In this document: positions 49,785 to 59,049 of the stretch, one piece after another | Layout of the letters: the number at the start of each line of letters is the position of its first letter | Numbering within the stretch: the stretch's first letter is position 1 | Assembly: GCA_023246225.1 (NCBI GenBank) | Contig: JAHFIV010000002.1 | Span: 1 to 62,015, forward strand | DNA: 62,015 nt | Reading direction: 5' to 3' | Source of the DNA: a bacterium | GTDB lineage: Bacteria > Patescibacteriota > Patescibacteriia > SG8-24 | Position numbers and translations under genes: made by a program | The notes under the pieces: generated by a model | Database searches by the model: none | What the model was told of the DNA's origin: nothing | Seen by the model: the letters and a program-made list of their open reading frames with translations, nothing else

Positions 49785-51632
49785 TTAAGAAAGTCTATGC
49801 TTCTTGTGAAGCACTTTCCGTGCCTCTTCTAGTCTTTCCATATTTTTCATCTTGATGCCAAGTTTTCGCCATGGAATGACGTTAAAAATCTTCGGCACCC
49901 ACAAACTGATCCCGCCTTTGTGCGGCAAACATTGAAATAAACATTTGGGGATCCATACACCGCGATGACCCTGCTCGAGCATAGTGAGCCAGAGATCCCA
50001 ATCTTGCAGCCGAACGATCTTTTCGTCAAAACCAGGAAAATGTTCGCGACGGATCAATGACGTCGTGTGGATGTAATTCATTTTTCGTAAAATCTCCGGA
50101 TCAAACGCCCACAACCGAAACAATTTCCATCCGAAACGAAATGAAGAATACGCGTAGGAGACTTCTGGGTGTGCGTGAAGCGTAGCGACCATCTTCGTGA
50201 GCATCCCAGGCTGCATGATCGCATCAGCATCGCAAAACAAGAGGAGCTCCCCTTTCGCTTCACGATAGCCACGGTTCCGTGCCGCGTTGCCTCCGTGATT
50301 TTCCTGAGTGATCAGCGTTATTCGCGAAAGGTACGGCTGAAGCACCTCTGTGGTGCTGTCTGTTGAACCGTCGTTCACCACAATAATTTCGTAGTTCGTG
50401 TAGGTTTGCTGAAAAATACTTTCTAGACACAGCCGAATCTCCCGTGCGTGTTGGTACGTCGGTATCACAATGCTCACGAGCGGCGTCGGAGTTTTGTCTG
50501 TTAAAAAATCGATGAGTGGTTGCATCTGCAACTCTGGATCAAACTCGGTGATCGCCCGTAGTCGACCCGCTACGCCAAGATTCGCAGCAAGCGCAGGATC
50601 GTTTTTGAGACGCACGATCGCATCCGCGAGCGCCGCAGGATCATCTGATGGTACGAGCAAGCCCGTCTTGCCGTCGAGCACCGCATCCGGAATACCACCG
50701 GTTCGCGAACCGATCACCGGCTTGCCCATGAGGCCCGCTTCGAGATACACGATCCCGAATCCTTCCACGTCAGGACCGATACTCCGCGGCACCATCGCGA
50801 ACGTATCACATGACGCATAGAGCGCCGGCAGTTCTGCGTCAGTCACCGCGCCCGCAAATCGCACGTTCTCTGTGACACCGTGTTCCCACGCCAAATGTTC
50901 GAGATTTTTTTTCTCTGGCCCATCGCCAACAATAAAAAGTGTCACCTCTTCGCCACGTTTTCTGAGCACCGCGATCGCTTCGATTAATGTATCGAATCCT
51001 TTGCGCGTGACAAGACGGCCGAGCGACAGCACAACGAATCCGAAGCCGAGTCCGTAATGCGCGCGTAATTCCTTGACGTGCACCGGTGTCACTGTCGTTT
51101 CTGGTGAAATCCCCGGCGAAGGTCGCACGATCATCATGCGATCCTTCGAAACGCCCGCGCGCGCAGCGAGCCCCGCAGTGTACTCGCTGTTTGCAACAAC
51201 AAGCTCGGCGTCTGCAAGAATATTTTTTGTATCAAAAAGTTTTTTTCCTTTTGCATCAAGCGCGAGTGCGATATCAAAGCCGTGCAAAATAACCACGTAC
51301 GGCAAACCAAACAACCGACGAAGAATACGCGCGATTTTTCCCATCGGAAGAACGTGGCTCACTATGAGCATCGACGGCTTTTCTTTTCGTCGCAACCAGT
51401 TTGTCCAATACAGCGCAGCGAGCCACCTTGGACGAAAAAAACGTAAGAGAAGATGACGACGATAGATCGGCGCATCTTCACGCATATCGAACTCATGCGT
51501 GTCACCATCTTTTGATGCAAGTATATGCATCGATCCCTTCGGCATAGCACGAACGAGATGCGCAAGATACGTCGCGACACCACCTTTTCGTGGAGGATAG
51601 TCAAGCGTCGCAAGAATCACCGTCCCCTTCAT
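49785..51632 (-). CDS. bifunctional glycosyltransferase (GT4 N-terminal, GT2 C-terminal)
   Basis: GT4 EX7E region GFGIVYLEAGLMGKPVIGSRTGGIPD, then VSIVIPTYQ...VVNDGSTD. Confidence 0.85.
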   Translation of the reverse strand: MKGTVILATLDYPPRKGGVATYLAHLVRAMPKGSMHILASKDGDTHEFDMREDAPIYRRHLLLRFFRPRWLAALYWTNWLRRKEKPSMLIVSHVLPMGKIARILRRLFGLPYVVILHGFDIALALDAKGKKLFDTKNILADAELVVANSEYTAGLAARAGVSKDRMMIVRPSPGISPETTVTPVHVKELRAHYGLGFGFVVLSLGRLVTRKGFDTLIEAIAVLRKRGEEVTLFIVGDGPEKKNLEHLAWEHGVTENVRFAGAVTDAELPALYASCDTFAMVPRSIGPDVEGFGIVYLEAGLMGKPVIGSRTGGIPDAVLDGKTGLLVPSDDPAALADAIVRLKNDPALAANLGVAGRLRAITEFDPELQMQPLIDFLTDKTPTPLVSIVIPTYQHAREIRLCLESIFQQTYTNYEIIVVNDGSTDSTTEVLQPYLSRITLITQENHGGNAARNRGYREAKGELLLFCDADAIMQPGMLTKMVATLHAHPEVSYAYSSFRFGWKLFRLWAFDPEILRKMNYIHTTSLIRREHFPGFDEKIVRLQDWDLWLTMLEQGHRGVWIPKCLFQCLPHKGGISLWVPKIFNVIPWRKLGIKMKNMERLEEARKVLHKKHRLS

Positions 51633-53110
51633 ACTTTATTCCCATTAGCCATGACATCAGAAATTTTTTTTCTACGCTGCAAAAATACTGCAATGAAATC
51701 TTGTATTTCATTCACAGTGACTCCCCCTATGCCAGTGAGCACAGCAGCATATATCACCACTCCTGACGGTATAAGCAGCATGAGAGGCGCAAACGGACGG
51801 AGCAACGAAAGAGAAAGCGCCATAAACGATCCAGAAAAGAACACTTTGCCCGCAGTGACCACCAATCTTCGCGCACTAAACATCGCAAGACCATGCGACT
51901 GTAGCATTGCCCCACTCCACAGCACGATATTTCCCACAAGCGCAGAGATCGCTGCGCCGATCGCACCAAATCGTGGAATTAAAAATATGTTCATAATGAT
52001 ATTTACGACCATGGTCACACCGAGTACGGTGGTGTTGCGCACCTGACGATCACATGCGTTCATGAGTGATCCCGCAGGCCAATATAAAAATGCAAAAATC
52101 AATGAAAAAATAAGAATCTGCAGCGGCCGCACCGCGCCCAGAAATGCGCTGCCGTAAACGGTATGCACGATCGGTCCCGCAAGCGTCGCGATACCGAACG
52201 CAAGCGGCACTACGACGATCAACAAATATTTTAATGATGTAGAGAACACTGTTCCTAGTTTTTTTCGATCGTGTACATAATAGTCTGCCATCGCAGGGTA
52301 CACTGCCGCAGCGAACGCCATCGGAAGAAATTGAAAGGCGAACGTGAGTTTGTACGCGACACCATAGACACCGAGTTCAGCGGTCGTGGCGAGTCGAGAC
52401 AACATTACCGCATCAATATAGGAGTACACGCGAGAAAAAATTCCGGCGAGTGCAAACGGAAGCGCCACGCTCGCAAGAAACTTCACAAGTACCGGATCAA
52501 AGGCGAGTGAAATTTTTATAGGGAATCGTCGTGACACCGCCCACGACGACCAAAGCACGTTCCATGTGCTCCCCATGAGCAACGCAACGATCAAAAACGG
52601 CAAACCGAGATGCAACGCAAAAATAAAAAGCGATCCAGAGAGAATTGTGACGAGTTGTCCGGTAACCACCCCAATCGCTTCGAAACGAAGATCCTGATAT
52701 CCACGAATGACGGCGTAAAAAATAAGATGGATCGAGTCGAGTACCATCACCGCGCTCGCAATCACGATCATCAAAAATGTTTCTTCTGGATATCCGAGTA
52801 GCCTGGCAACAACGATCGTGGCGATCACGGTGACAGTGCCGAGTATTGTTTTTATTCCGAGCACGTTCGAAAGCAGCGTGGTCGCCTTCTCCGGAAACTT
52901 CGCGGTTTCACGAACGAGTACGTTCGCGAGTCCGAGATCGATAAAAATCGAAAAGATGGTCGTGAAAGCGGTCGCAGCGACGTACTTCCCCGCCCCATCC
53001 ACACCAACAGCGCGCACCGCGAGCGTAAAATACACGAAGGACAGCAATTTTTGCCCAACGAACGCCGCCACGAGATACGCGGTATTTTTTGCCACTCGGT
53101 CGCCGGTCAT
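51629..53110 (-). CDS. Wzx-like polysaccharide flippase (MOP superfamily)
   Basis: 493 aa, about 14 TM helices, typical N-terminus KNTAYLVAAFVGQKLLSF. Confidence 0.85.
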   Translation of the reverse strand: MTGDRVAKNTAYLVAAFVGQKLLSFVYFTLAVRAVGVDGAGKYVAATAFTTIFSIFIDLGLANVLVRETAKFPEKATTLLSNVLGIKTILGTVTVIATIVVARLLGYPEETFLMIVIASAVMVLDSIHLIFYAVIRGYQDLRFEAIGVVTGQLVTILSGSLFIFALHLGLPFLIVALLMGSTWNVLWSSWAVSRRFPIKISLAFDPVLVKFLASVALPFALAGIFSRVYSYIDAVMLSRLATTAELGVYGVAYKLTFAFQFLPMAFAAAVYPAMADYYVHDRKKLGTVFSTSLKYLLIVVVPLAFGIATLAGPIVHTVYGSAFLGAVRPLQILIFSLIFAFLYWPAGSLMNACDRQVRNTTVLGVTMVVNIIMNIFLIPRFGAIGAAISALVGNIVLWSGAMLQSHGLAMFSARRLVVTAGKVFFSGSFMALSLSLLRPFAPLMLLIPSGVVIYAAVLTGIGGVTVNEIQDFIAVFLQRRKKISDVMANGNKV

Positions 53111-53184
53111 ACCGACATAGTGTACGCGGTTTTATGGCTACTCGCAACGACCTTAAATAAGCTTATTTTAGCTTAAAAAAAGCT

Positions 53185-53709
53185 TCACTCACTTACAAAT
53201 CCGAAGCTTCGCAGAAAACGTGCATCATTTGTGTCGTTAAATCGTGACTCGATCGAAAAAAGATATCCACCGTGCACTACGTACGTTGTCTTCTGCCACC
53301 GACTCGGATCTATGACTGGCATCTCGTATGCATTCGCCATGTAAGTGATGACCGCTGCTTCACCGTCGATACTTCTCTCGGCAAGAGCGATGATCGGTAC
53401 TTTTGGATCCCCTTTTTTGTTTTCATGATCGATCCACTCCGTTGCGGTTTTCGCGTCGGTGGGCACTACCCGAACCCCCGCAAGCCCCCAACCGTTCTCT
53501 TTTTGTGCGCAGCCGAACGCATGTGCAAAAATCACCACACGAGAACTCGCAGGACAAGAAAAATGGATGCCGATCGTATGATCTTCAACATCAAACCACG
53601 GGACGCTCGACACAAATCTTTTTTGAAAATGCGCGTGTACCATATACAAAACAACCAATACCACGATCACAAGTGCCATAGCTCTACTACGATATTTCTG
53701 CATACACAA
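53185..53709 (-). CDS. hypothetical membrane-anchored protein
   Basis: N-terminal TM helix MALVIVVLVVLYMV, no recognisable motif. Confidence 0.5.
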   Translation of the reverse strand: MCMQKYRSRAMALVIVVLVVLYMVHAHFQKRFVSSVPWFDVEDHTIGIHFSCPASSRVVIFAHAFGCAQKENGWGLAGVRVVPTDAKTATEWIDHENKKGDPKVPIIALAERSIDGEAAVITYMANAYEMPVIDPSRWQKTTYVVHGGYLFSIESRFNDTNDARFLRSFGFVSE

Positions 53710-53759
53710 ACGTTCCCAAGAAAAAGTGGGGAGATGAAAACTCCCCTGAAAGATCGAGG

Positions 53760-54377
53760 CTATCCGCCGCTCACGTAATACATCGAATAGCGGTATGTGC
53801 CGTAGATGAACGTCGCATGCTCGAAGTCAGTGAACGATTCGGAGTGCAGACGCACCACGTTGTCGGGAACGACAGCGTAATTGCTATCGACCCAGTAGAG
53901 ACCGTACGATGAGCGACCGACGACGATCGCAGTGTGCGGGGTGACGCCACCGCTCGTGTTCCAACGATTCATCTGCACGATCCAGCCTGGCTGAACGGTG
54001 CGAATATCCGCGTACACGCGTACGGCGTAGGGGCTGTAATTCCACGTCCACCCATAGGCGTCGGGATACGTCGTTGGTACGGACACGACACCGCGTGACG
54101 CCTCTGCAACCACGCGCTGCGTCCAAAGCTTGCAGTTCACTCCCACATACACACCGATGTCGCGCGAGGTTCTGTCGAGAATCACCTGATTGCGCTCCAT
54201 CTGTGACAGATTGCGCCACCACGCCTGATCGGCGAGCGTGAACGACTGCTGATCAGTCTCGGTGTTTTCGTGCGGTACGTCGGTCTCCTCTTCTGAGAAG
54301 TCCTGATACCCACAGCTAATCGGCGCGGTCGCCACCATACTGATGAAAACGACTCGAACGAACATCTTTCTCTTCAT
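53760..54377 (-). CDS. lipoprotein with CHAP/NlpC-P60-like cysteine peptidase domain
   Basis: Signal peptide with lipobox-like APISC; GVNCKLWTQRVV (catalytic Cys context) and TPHTAIVVG (His context). Confidence 0.6.
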   Translation of the reverse strand: MKRKMFVRVVFISMVATAPISCGYQDFSEEETDVPHENTETDQQSFTLADQAWWRNLSQMERNQVILDRTSRDIGVYVGVNCKLWTQRVVAEASRGVVSVPTTYPDAYGWTWNYSPYAVRVYADIRTVQPGWIVQMNRWNTSGGVTPHTAIVVGRSSYGLYWVDSNYAVVPDNVVRLHSESFTDFEHATFIYGTYRYSMYYVSGG

Positions 54378-54467
54378 GCTCTTCTCTCCTTTTTGTAAAG
54401 AGCCGCCGTTCTTTTATCGGTGATCGAACATTGCGTCAAGCGCTAGTTATCCACAGTTTTTTACATT

Positions 54468-54755
54468 GTCATCCTGAACTTGATTCAGGACCCAGACATG
54501 TGTTCTCGTTCCGACCCTGTCCTCTGTCATTCCGGCCTTGAGCCGGAATCCAGAATCGTAAAGCCAAACGTAATCACGTTTGTTTTTTTACGTTCTGGAT
54601 TCCGGGTCACGGCCCGGAATGACAAAAAGAGGTGGCTGGAATGACAGAGAGAGGATGGAATCCAGAAAAATAAAAAAGACCGAACGGAAATCGTTCGGTC
54701 TTTTTTACGTTCTGAGTCCTGAATCCCCCGGACTAAGGTCCAGGGGTCAGGATGG
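54468..54755. repeat. REPIN/BIME-like cassette J (two units, both module types)
   Basis: GTCATCCTGAACTTGATTCAGGAC; GTCATTCCGGCCTTGAGCCGGAATCCAGAA with core GCCAAACGtaatcaCGTTTG; a second core GACCGAACGgaaatCGTTCGGTC flanked by GGAATCCAGAA and CTGAGTCCTGAATCCCCCGGACTAAGGTCCAGGGGTCAGGATG. Confidence 0.9.
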
Positions 54756-54778
54756 CAGAAGTGGAAAATATTTTGGTT

Positions 54779-55327
54779 CTAACGCTTCGCCCACTGTGAG
54801 CCTTTGCGCGCTTTTTTAAGACCGTACTTCTTGCGTTCCTTTTCGCGAGGATCGCGCATCAAATACCCAAGTTTCTTCAAAGATTGGCGGTAGTTGGGGT
54901 TGAGTTCGATAAGTGCACGAGAGATGCCGAGACGCGCCGCCTCTGCTTGACCGCGCTGGCCTCCACCCATCGTTTCGATGGCGATGGTCACTTTACCGTC
55001 CTGACCGACCGTGCGCAGCGCATCGATCAGCGTCTCCTGCAACTGATACACCGGAAAATATGCAGTGTATGCACGGCCGTTCACGGTGATTTCGCCTTTA
55101 CCACCGGTCCAAAGCTTGGTTTTTGCAACCGCGCTCTTCCTACGACCGATCGCATAGATGAACTCCCCCGCAGCCAACACTTTTGCGTCAGGTGATGCAA
55201 TTGCCGGAGCGGTTTCGCCGACGACAACCACCTCTGGCTTCGGCACAGCTTTCTTCACGACGGCTTTTTTCACCGGCTTCTCCTCAGATTTTGGAGTTGT
55301 TTTTTTAGTCGGTGTCATACTAATCAT
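54779..55327 (-). CDS. rpsI: 30S ribosomal protein S9 with a lysine-rich N-terminal extension of about 50 aa
   Basis: YAIGRRKSAVA...GGGQRGQAEA...ARKGSQWAKR. Confidence 0.95.
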   Translation of the reverse strand: MISMTPTKKTTPKSEEKPVKKAVVKKAVPKPEVVVVGETAPAIASPDAKVLAAGEFIYAIGRRKSAVAKTKLWTGGKGEITVNGRAYTAYFPVYQLQETLIDALRTVGQDGKVTIAIETMGGGQRGQAEAARLGISRALIELNPNYRQSLKKLGYLMRDPREKERKKYGLKKARKGSQWAKR

Positions 55328-55685
55328 TATGGATCTTGAGCCGTTTCATCCGTTCCTTACGCTGACGATTTTTCGGAAGCATCGAGTACACCGCGTTTTC
55401 GATCGCCTTCGAAGGGTTCGTCGCCATCACCGTCTTGAGCTGCGTCTTGCGCATACCACCAGGGTAGCCGGAGTACGCGTAGTACATTTTGTTGTCGAGT
55501 TTGTTGTTGCCGATAATCTTCACTTTTGCAGCGTTGCGGATCTCGACGTTATCACCGTGATCAACGTGCGCTTCATACGCAACCTTATGTTTGCCCTGCA
55601 AAAATTTTGCCGCTTCGGTTGCGATGCGGCCGATGGCTTTGCCCTCGGCATCGATCTTCAAATGTTCCCGTTTTACAGTCTTCAT
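55320..55685 (-). CDS. rplM: 50S ribosomal protein L13
   Basis: GRIATEAAKFLQGKHK..., YSGYPGG. Confidence 0.95.
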   Translation of the reverse strand: MKTVKREHLKIDAEGKAIGRIATEAAKFLQGKHKVAYEAHVDHGDNVEIRNAAKVKIIGNNKLDNKMYYAYSGYPGGMRKTQLKTVMATNPSKAIENAVYSMLPKNRQRKERMKRLKIHND

Positions 55686-55696
55686 ATACGATGTGG

Positions 55697-56050
55697 TCAG
55701 ACCAGTTCGATCTGCACCATTTCAGCACCATCACCTTGGCGACGAAGCATTTTGGTCATGCGTGTATAACCACCGTTTCGTGTTTTGTAGCGAGGACCGA
55801 GCACCTCCATCACTTTCTTCGCCGCAGATTCGTTGCCACGCAAAAACGCACTGATTTTTCGGCGGCTTGCGAGTGTGCCGGTCCGCCCCGCAGTGATCGC
55901 GCGCTCAACAAGTGGACGAACGGCCTGTGCCTTCGCTTTGGTGGTCTTTATTTTTTCATACAGGATCACACTGGTTGCGAGATTCGCAAGAAGCGACTCG
56001 CGTGGGCCTTTCTTCCTGTCCAAGATTTTTCCGGAATTGCGATGGCGCAT
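55697..56050 (-). CDS. rplQ: 50S ribosomal protein L17
   Basis: MRHRNSGKILDRKKGPR... Confidence 0.95.
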   Translation of the reverse strand: MRHRNSGKILDRKKGPRESLLANLATSVILYEKIKTTKAKAQAVRPLVERAITAGRTGTLASRRKISAFLRGNESAAKKVMEVLGPRYKTRNGGYTRMTKMLRRQGDGAEMVQIELV

Positions 56051-56153
56051 AGGGAGGTGTAAAGGTTTAGAGGTTAGAGGTTAGAGGTTAGAGGTTTAGA
56101 GGTTCGGACCTTTTAACCTTTACACCTTTTTACCTCTACACCTTTTAACCTCA
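56051..56153 (-). repeat. heptamer-stutter hairpin filling the whole rpoA-rplQ spacer
   Basis: Plus strand GGTGTAAAGGTTTAGAGGTTAGAGGTTAGAGGTTAGAGGTTTAGAGGTTCGG opposite ACCTTTTAACCTTTACACCTTTTTACCTCTACACCTTTTAACCTC. Confidence 0.65.
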
Positions 56154-56990
56154 TTATGATTTCTTCTCTTTTTTTGCCTTCTTCACCTTCTTCGGTTCCT
56201 CGTCTGCAGCATCGACGATCGCCGCAGGTTCCGCATCTTCGTCTTGCACCGGCGGAGCATCGTTCGCTGCTGCACCGCTCTCTTCAGAAGCCGTGGGCAT
56301 CACACCGCGATGCATTACCAGCGAGAAGTGGTCGAGAAGAATCTTCACTGATTGATCGACGGCTGCCTCTGGGGTGATCGTACCGTCGGTTTCAATGGTC
56401 ATCACGAGCTTGTCGAAGTTTGTGATCTGTCCGACACGGACGTTGTCGATGCGATACCCGACGTCGCGAACCGGTGAGAACACCGAATCGATCGCGATCA
56501 TACCAAGTTCATTTTTCTCCTTTGACCGCTCTTCGACCGGCACATAGCCGCGGCCTTTGCCGACGAAAATTTCCATCTCAAGCTCTGCCTTTTTATCGGT
56601 GAGCGTGGCGATGTGCAGGTCCGGATTGGCGATTTCTACATCGCTGGTCGTTTCGATATCTGCCGCAGTGACCGCTTTGTCACCTTTCACGGAGAGATGC
56701 AAACGCACCGTTTCATCACTGAACACCCGCATGCGAAGCGACTTCAAGTTGAGCAACACTTCGAGCACATCTTCCTTCACGCCAGGGATCGCCGCAAACT
56801 CATGCGTCACTCCTTTGATCTTCACCGCGGTGACCGCCGCACCAGGAAGCGACGACAACATCACGCGACGAAGCGCGTTGCCGAGCGTGGTCCCGTACCC
56901 GTGAAAACACGGTTCGATTGTGAGGGTCGCCTTGCTGGCATCCTCACCGGGAGTAAGTTCGATTTTTGACGGAAGTAAGATGTCTTCCAT
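56154..56990 (-). CDS. rpoA: DNA-directed RNA polymerase subunit alpha, N-terminal domain only (no alpha-CTD)
   Basis: NTD is conserved (LGNALRRVMLSSLPGAAV...). After DHFSLV the protein ends in a low-complexity acidic then KKVKKAKKEKKS tail of about 45 aa. 278 aa in total. Confidence 0.92.
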   Translation of the reverse strand: MEDILLPSKIELTPGEDASKATLTIEPCFHGYGTTLGNALRRVMLSSLPGAAVTAVKIKGVTHEFAAIPGVKEDVLEVLLNLKSLRMRVFSDETVRLHLSVKGDKAVTAADIETTSDVEIANPDLHIATLTDKKAELEMEIFVGKGRGYVPVEERSKEKNELGMIAIDSVFSPVRDVGYRIDNVRVGQITNFDKLVMTIETDGTITPEAAVDQSVKILLDHFSLVMHRGVMPTASEESGAAANDAPPVQDEDAEPAAIVDAADEEPKKVKKAKKEKKS

Positions 56991-57021
56991 AGTGTTTTTT
57001 CCTCCTAAAGAATGATTCGTA

Positions 57022-57651
57022 TTATCTGGAGTAGAACTCGACGATCAGTTTTGGATCAAAGTTCTGCTTCAGTTCATCGCCTTCTGGTTTCGATGTCACC
57101 TTCGCCGATTTCGCTGCGGCTTCGAGGTGAATCCAGGTCGGCGCTTGATACTTTGCGAGGCGCTCCGCATCATCAGCGAACAACTTGCTCTTCGCGATGC
57201 TTGCAGAAAGCGAGATGACGTCGCCCGGCTTCACCTGAAACGACGGGATATTGACTTTTTTGCCGTTCACTCGCACGCTGCCGTGACCGACAAGCTGACG
57301 TGCGCTCGCGCGAGACTTGGTGAGCCCGGCGCGGAACACCACGTTGTCGAGGCGAAGCTCGAGCATCTGCACAAGGAAACTTCCGGTGTTACCGACCTTG
57401 CGCGTGGCTTTTTCGAAATAGTTGCGGAATTGCTTTTCCATCAATCCGTACGTGTTCTTCGCTTTCTGTTTTTCGCGCAACTGAATACCGTATGGTGTCG
57501 GACGGGTGCGGGAAGTCGGACCGTGCATACCCGGCTTAAAAGGACGACGCGTCACCGCGCATTTTGGCGTGAAGCATCGATCACCCTTGAGGTAGAGTTT
57601 CTCCCCCTCGCGGCGACACTGTTTGCATTTTGACTCAAGTCTTCGTCCCAT
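57022..57651 (-). CDS. rpsD: 30S ribosomal protein S4
   Basis: CKQCRREGEKL...C..PKC zinc ribbon, S4 domain. Confidence 0.95.
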   Translation of the reverse strand: MGRRLESKCKQCRREGEKLYLKGDRCFTPKCAVTRRPFKPGMHGPTSRTRPTPYGIQLREKQKAKNTYGLMEKQFRNYFEKATRKVGNTGSFLVQMLELRLDNVVFRAGLTKSRASARQLVGHGSVRVNGKKVNIPSFQVKPGDVISLSASIAKSKLFADDAERLAKYQAPTWIHLEAAAKSAKVTSKPEGDELKQNFDPKLIVEFYSR

Positions 57652-57662
57652 AGGTGCAAATA

Positions 57663-58121
57663 CTAGACGCGGCGCGGCTTAGGAGCGCGGCAACCGTTGT
57701 GTGGAATCGGAGTGACGTCTTTAATGGAGGTCACATTGAGGCCGTTCGCGTGCAACGCACGCACCGCAGCTTCTCGGCCTGAGCCGACGCCGCAGACAAA
57801 CGCGCTCACTTCGCGGAGACCGACATCTTTTACCTTATCACAAACGTCCTTCACAATGAGGCCCGCTGCGTATGGTGTGGATTTCTTCGGACCCTTGAAC
57901 CCCACGACGCCCGCGCTCGACCAGCCGAGCACGTTGCCGTTCGGATCGGTAAGCGTGACGATGGTGTTGTTATAGGACGCCTGCACATACACGCGGCCCA
58001 CACTCACCTGTCGAGTAGCCTTCTTCTTACCGCGCGTGCGCGCTGAAGCCGCGGGCTTTTTTGCGCCAGCATCTGCAGCCACCTCGGTGGTCTCGCTAGT
58101 TTTGGTCGTTTCCTCGGCCAT
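57663..58121 (-). CDS. rpsK: 30S ribosomal protein S11 with a basic/alanine-rich N-terminal extension
   Basis: GRVYVQASYNNTIVTLTD...GSGREAAVRAL. Confidence 0.95.
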   Translation of the reverse strand: MAEETTKTSETTEVAADAGAKKPAASARTRGKKKATRQVSVGRVYVQASYNNTIVTLTDPNGNVLGWSSAGVVGFKGPKKSTPYAAGLIVKDVCDKVKDVGLREVSAFVCGVGSGREAAVRALHANGLNVTSIKDVTPIPHNGCRAPKPRRV

Positions 58122-58140
58122 ACATCCCTAGATCTTTATA

Positions 58141-58524
58141 TTACTTCTTCTCGACCTTCGTACGACCGGATCCCATCGTCTTTCTGGTGTTGCCGCGCAC
58201 GGTGCGGGAGTTGGTCTTGGTGCGCTGACCACGAGCAGGGAGTCCTTTTGCGTGGCGGGAACCGCGGTAGCTACCGATCTCCTTGAGCCGCTTCACGTGG
58301 GCCTGGACATCGCGGCGAAGTTCGCCTTCTACCTTATGGCCTTTCTCGATCTCGTCGCGGAGCAGTTTTTCTTCTGCGGCGGTGAGGTCGGCGGCGCGAG
58401 TATTTTTATCGATTTTCGTTTTTGTCAAAATGTCGTTCGCGGTGCTGCGACCGATGCCATAGACATAGGTGAGCGCGATCTCCATGCGTTTATTCGGAAG
58501 GGTGATACCTGCAATACGTGCCAT
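58141..58524 (-). CDS. rpsM: 30S ribosomal protein S13
   Basis: [10 protein letters not shown]...[17 protein letters not shown]. Confidence 0.95.
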   Translation of the reverse strand: MARIAGITLPNKRMEIALTYVYGIGRSTANDILTKTKIDKNTRAADLTAAEEKLLRDEIEKGHKVEGELRRDVQAHVKRLKEIGSYRGSRHAKGLPARGQRTKTNSRTVRGNTRKTMGSGRTKVEKK

Positions 58525-58538
58525 AGTCTGTGTGAAAA

Positions 58539-58652
58539 TTAACCTTGCCGCTGCTTATGCTTCGGGGTCTTGCAAATAACATGCAGTCTGCCGTGACGGC
58601 GGATCACTTTGCAATTTCGACAAATTGATTTTACGGAAGCTCTGACTTTCAT
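58539..58652 (-). CDS. rpmJ: 50S ribosomal protein L36
   Basis: Hand translation [37 protein letters not shown]. Below the ORF-track cutoff. Confidence 0.9.
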   Translation of the reverse strand: MKVRASVKSICRNCKVIRRHGRLHVICKTPKHKQRQG

Positions 58653-58764
58653 GATCGTGTGTGAGTACGCGGCGCGGATTAAAAAGATATCCGCCTTCTT
58701 TTATGAAGAGCGGTGGCAGTGTACAGGGTACTCTGTATCCTGTCTACTGCCATTCTGTTGGAGC

Positions 58765-59049
58765 CTAATATCGGTAGACGATCCGACCTTTGGTCAGATC
58801 GTACGGGGTCATCTCGAGCTTCACCTCGTCACCAGGAAGCAAACGGATGCGGTTCATACGCATCTTCCCTGAAAGGTGGGCAAGAATGAGCTGCCCGTTG
58901 TCGAGCTTGACGCGAAACGAAGCGGCCGGAAGACATTCCTCGACCACGCCATTGAACTCGATAAACCCTTTTGAGACCGCCTGTGCGCCCTCAACCGGTT
59001 TCTCTTGCCCTATTTTCTTCTTCTTTCGCTTTGGTCTGCGGACAGCCAT
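58765..59049 (-). CDS. infA: translation initiation factor IF-1 with a basic N-terminal extension of about 22 aa
   Basis: S1-like core [35 protein letters not shown]... Confidence 0.9.
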   Translation of the reverse strand: MAVRRPKRKKKKIGQEKPVEGAQAVSKGFIEFNGVVEECLPAASFRVKLDNGQLILAHLSGKMRMNRIRLLPGDEVKLEMTPYDLTKGRIVYRY

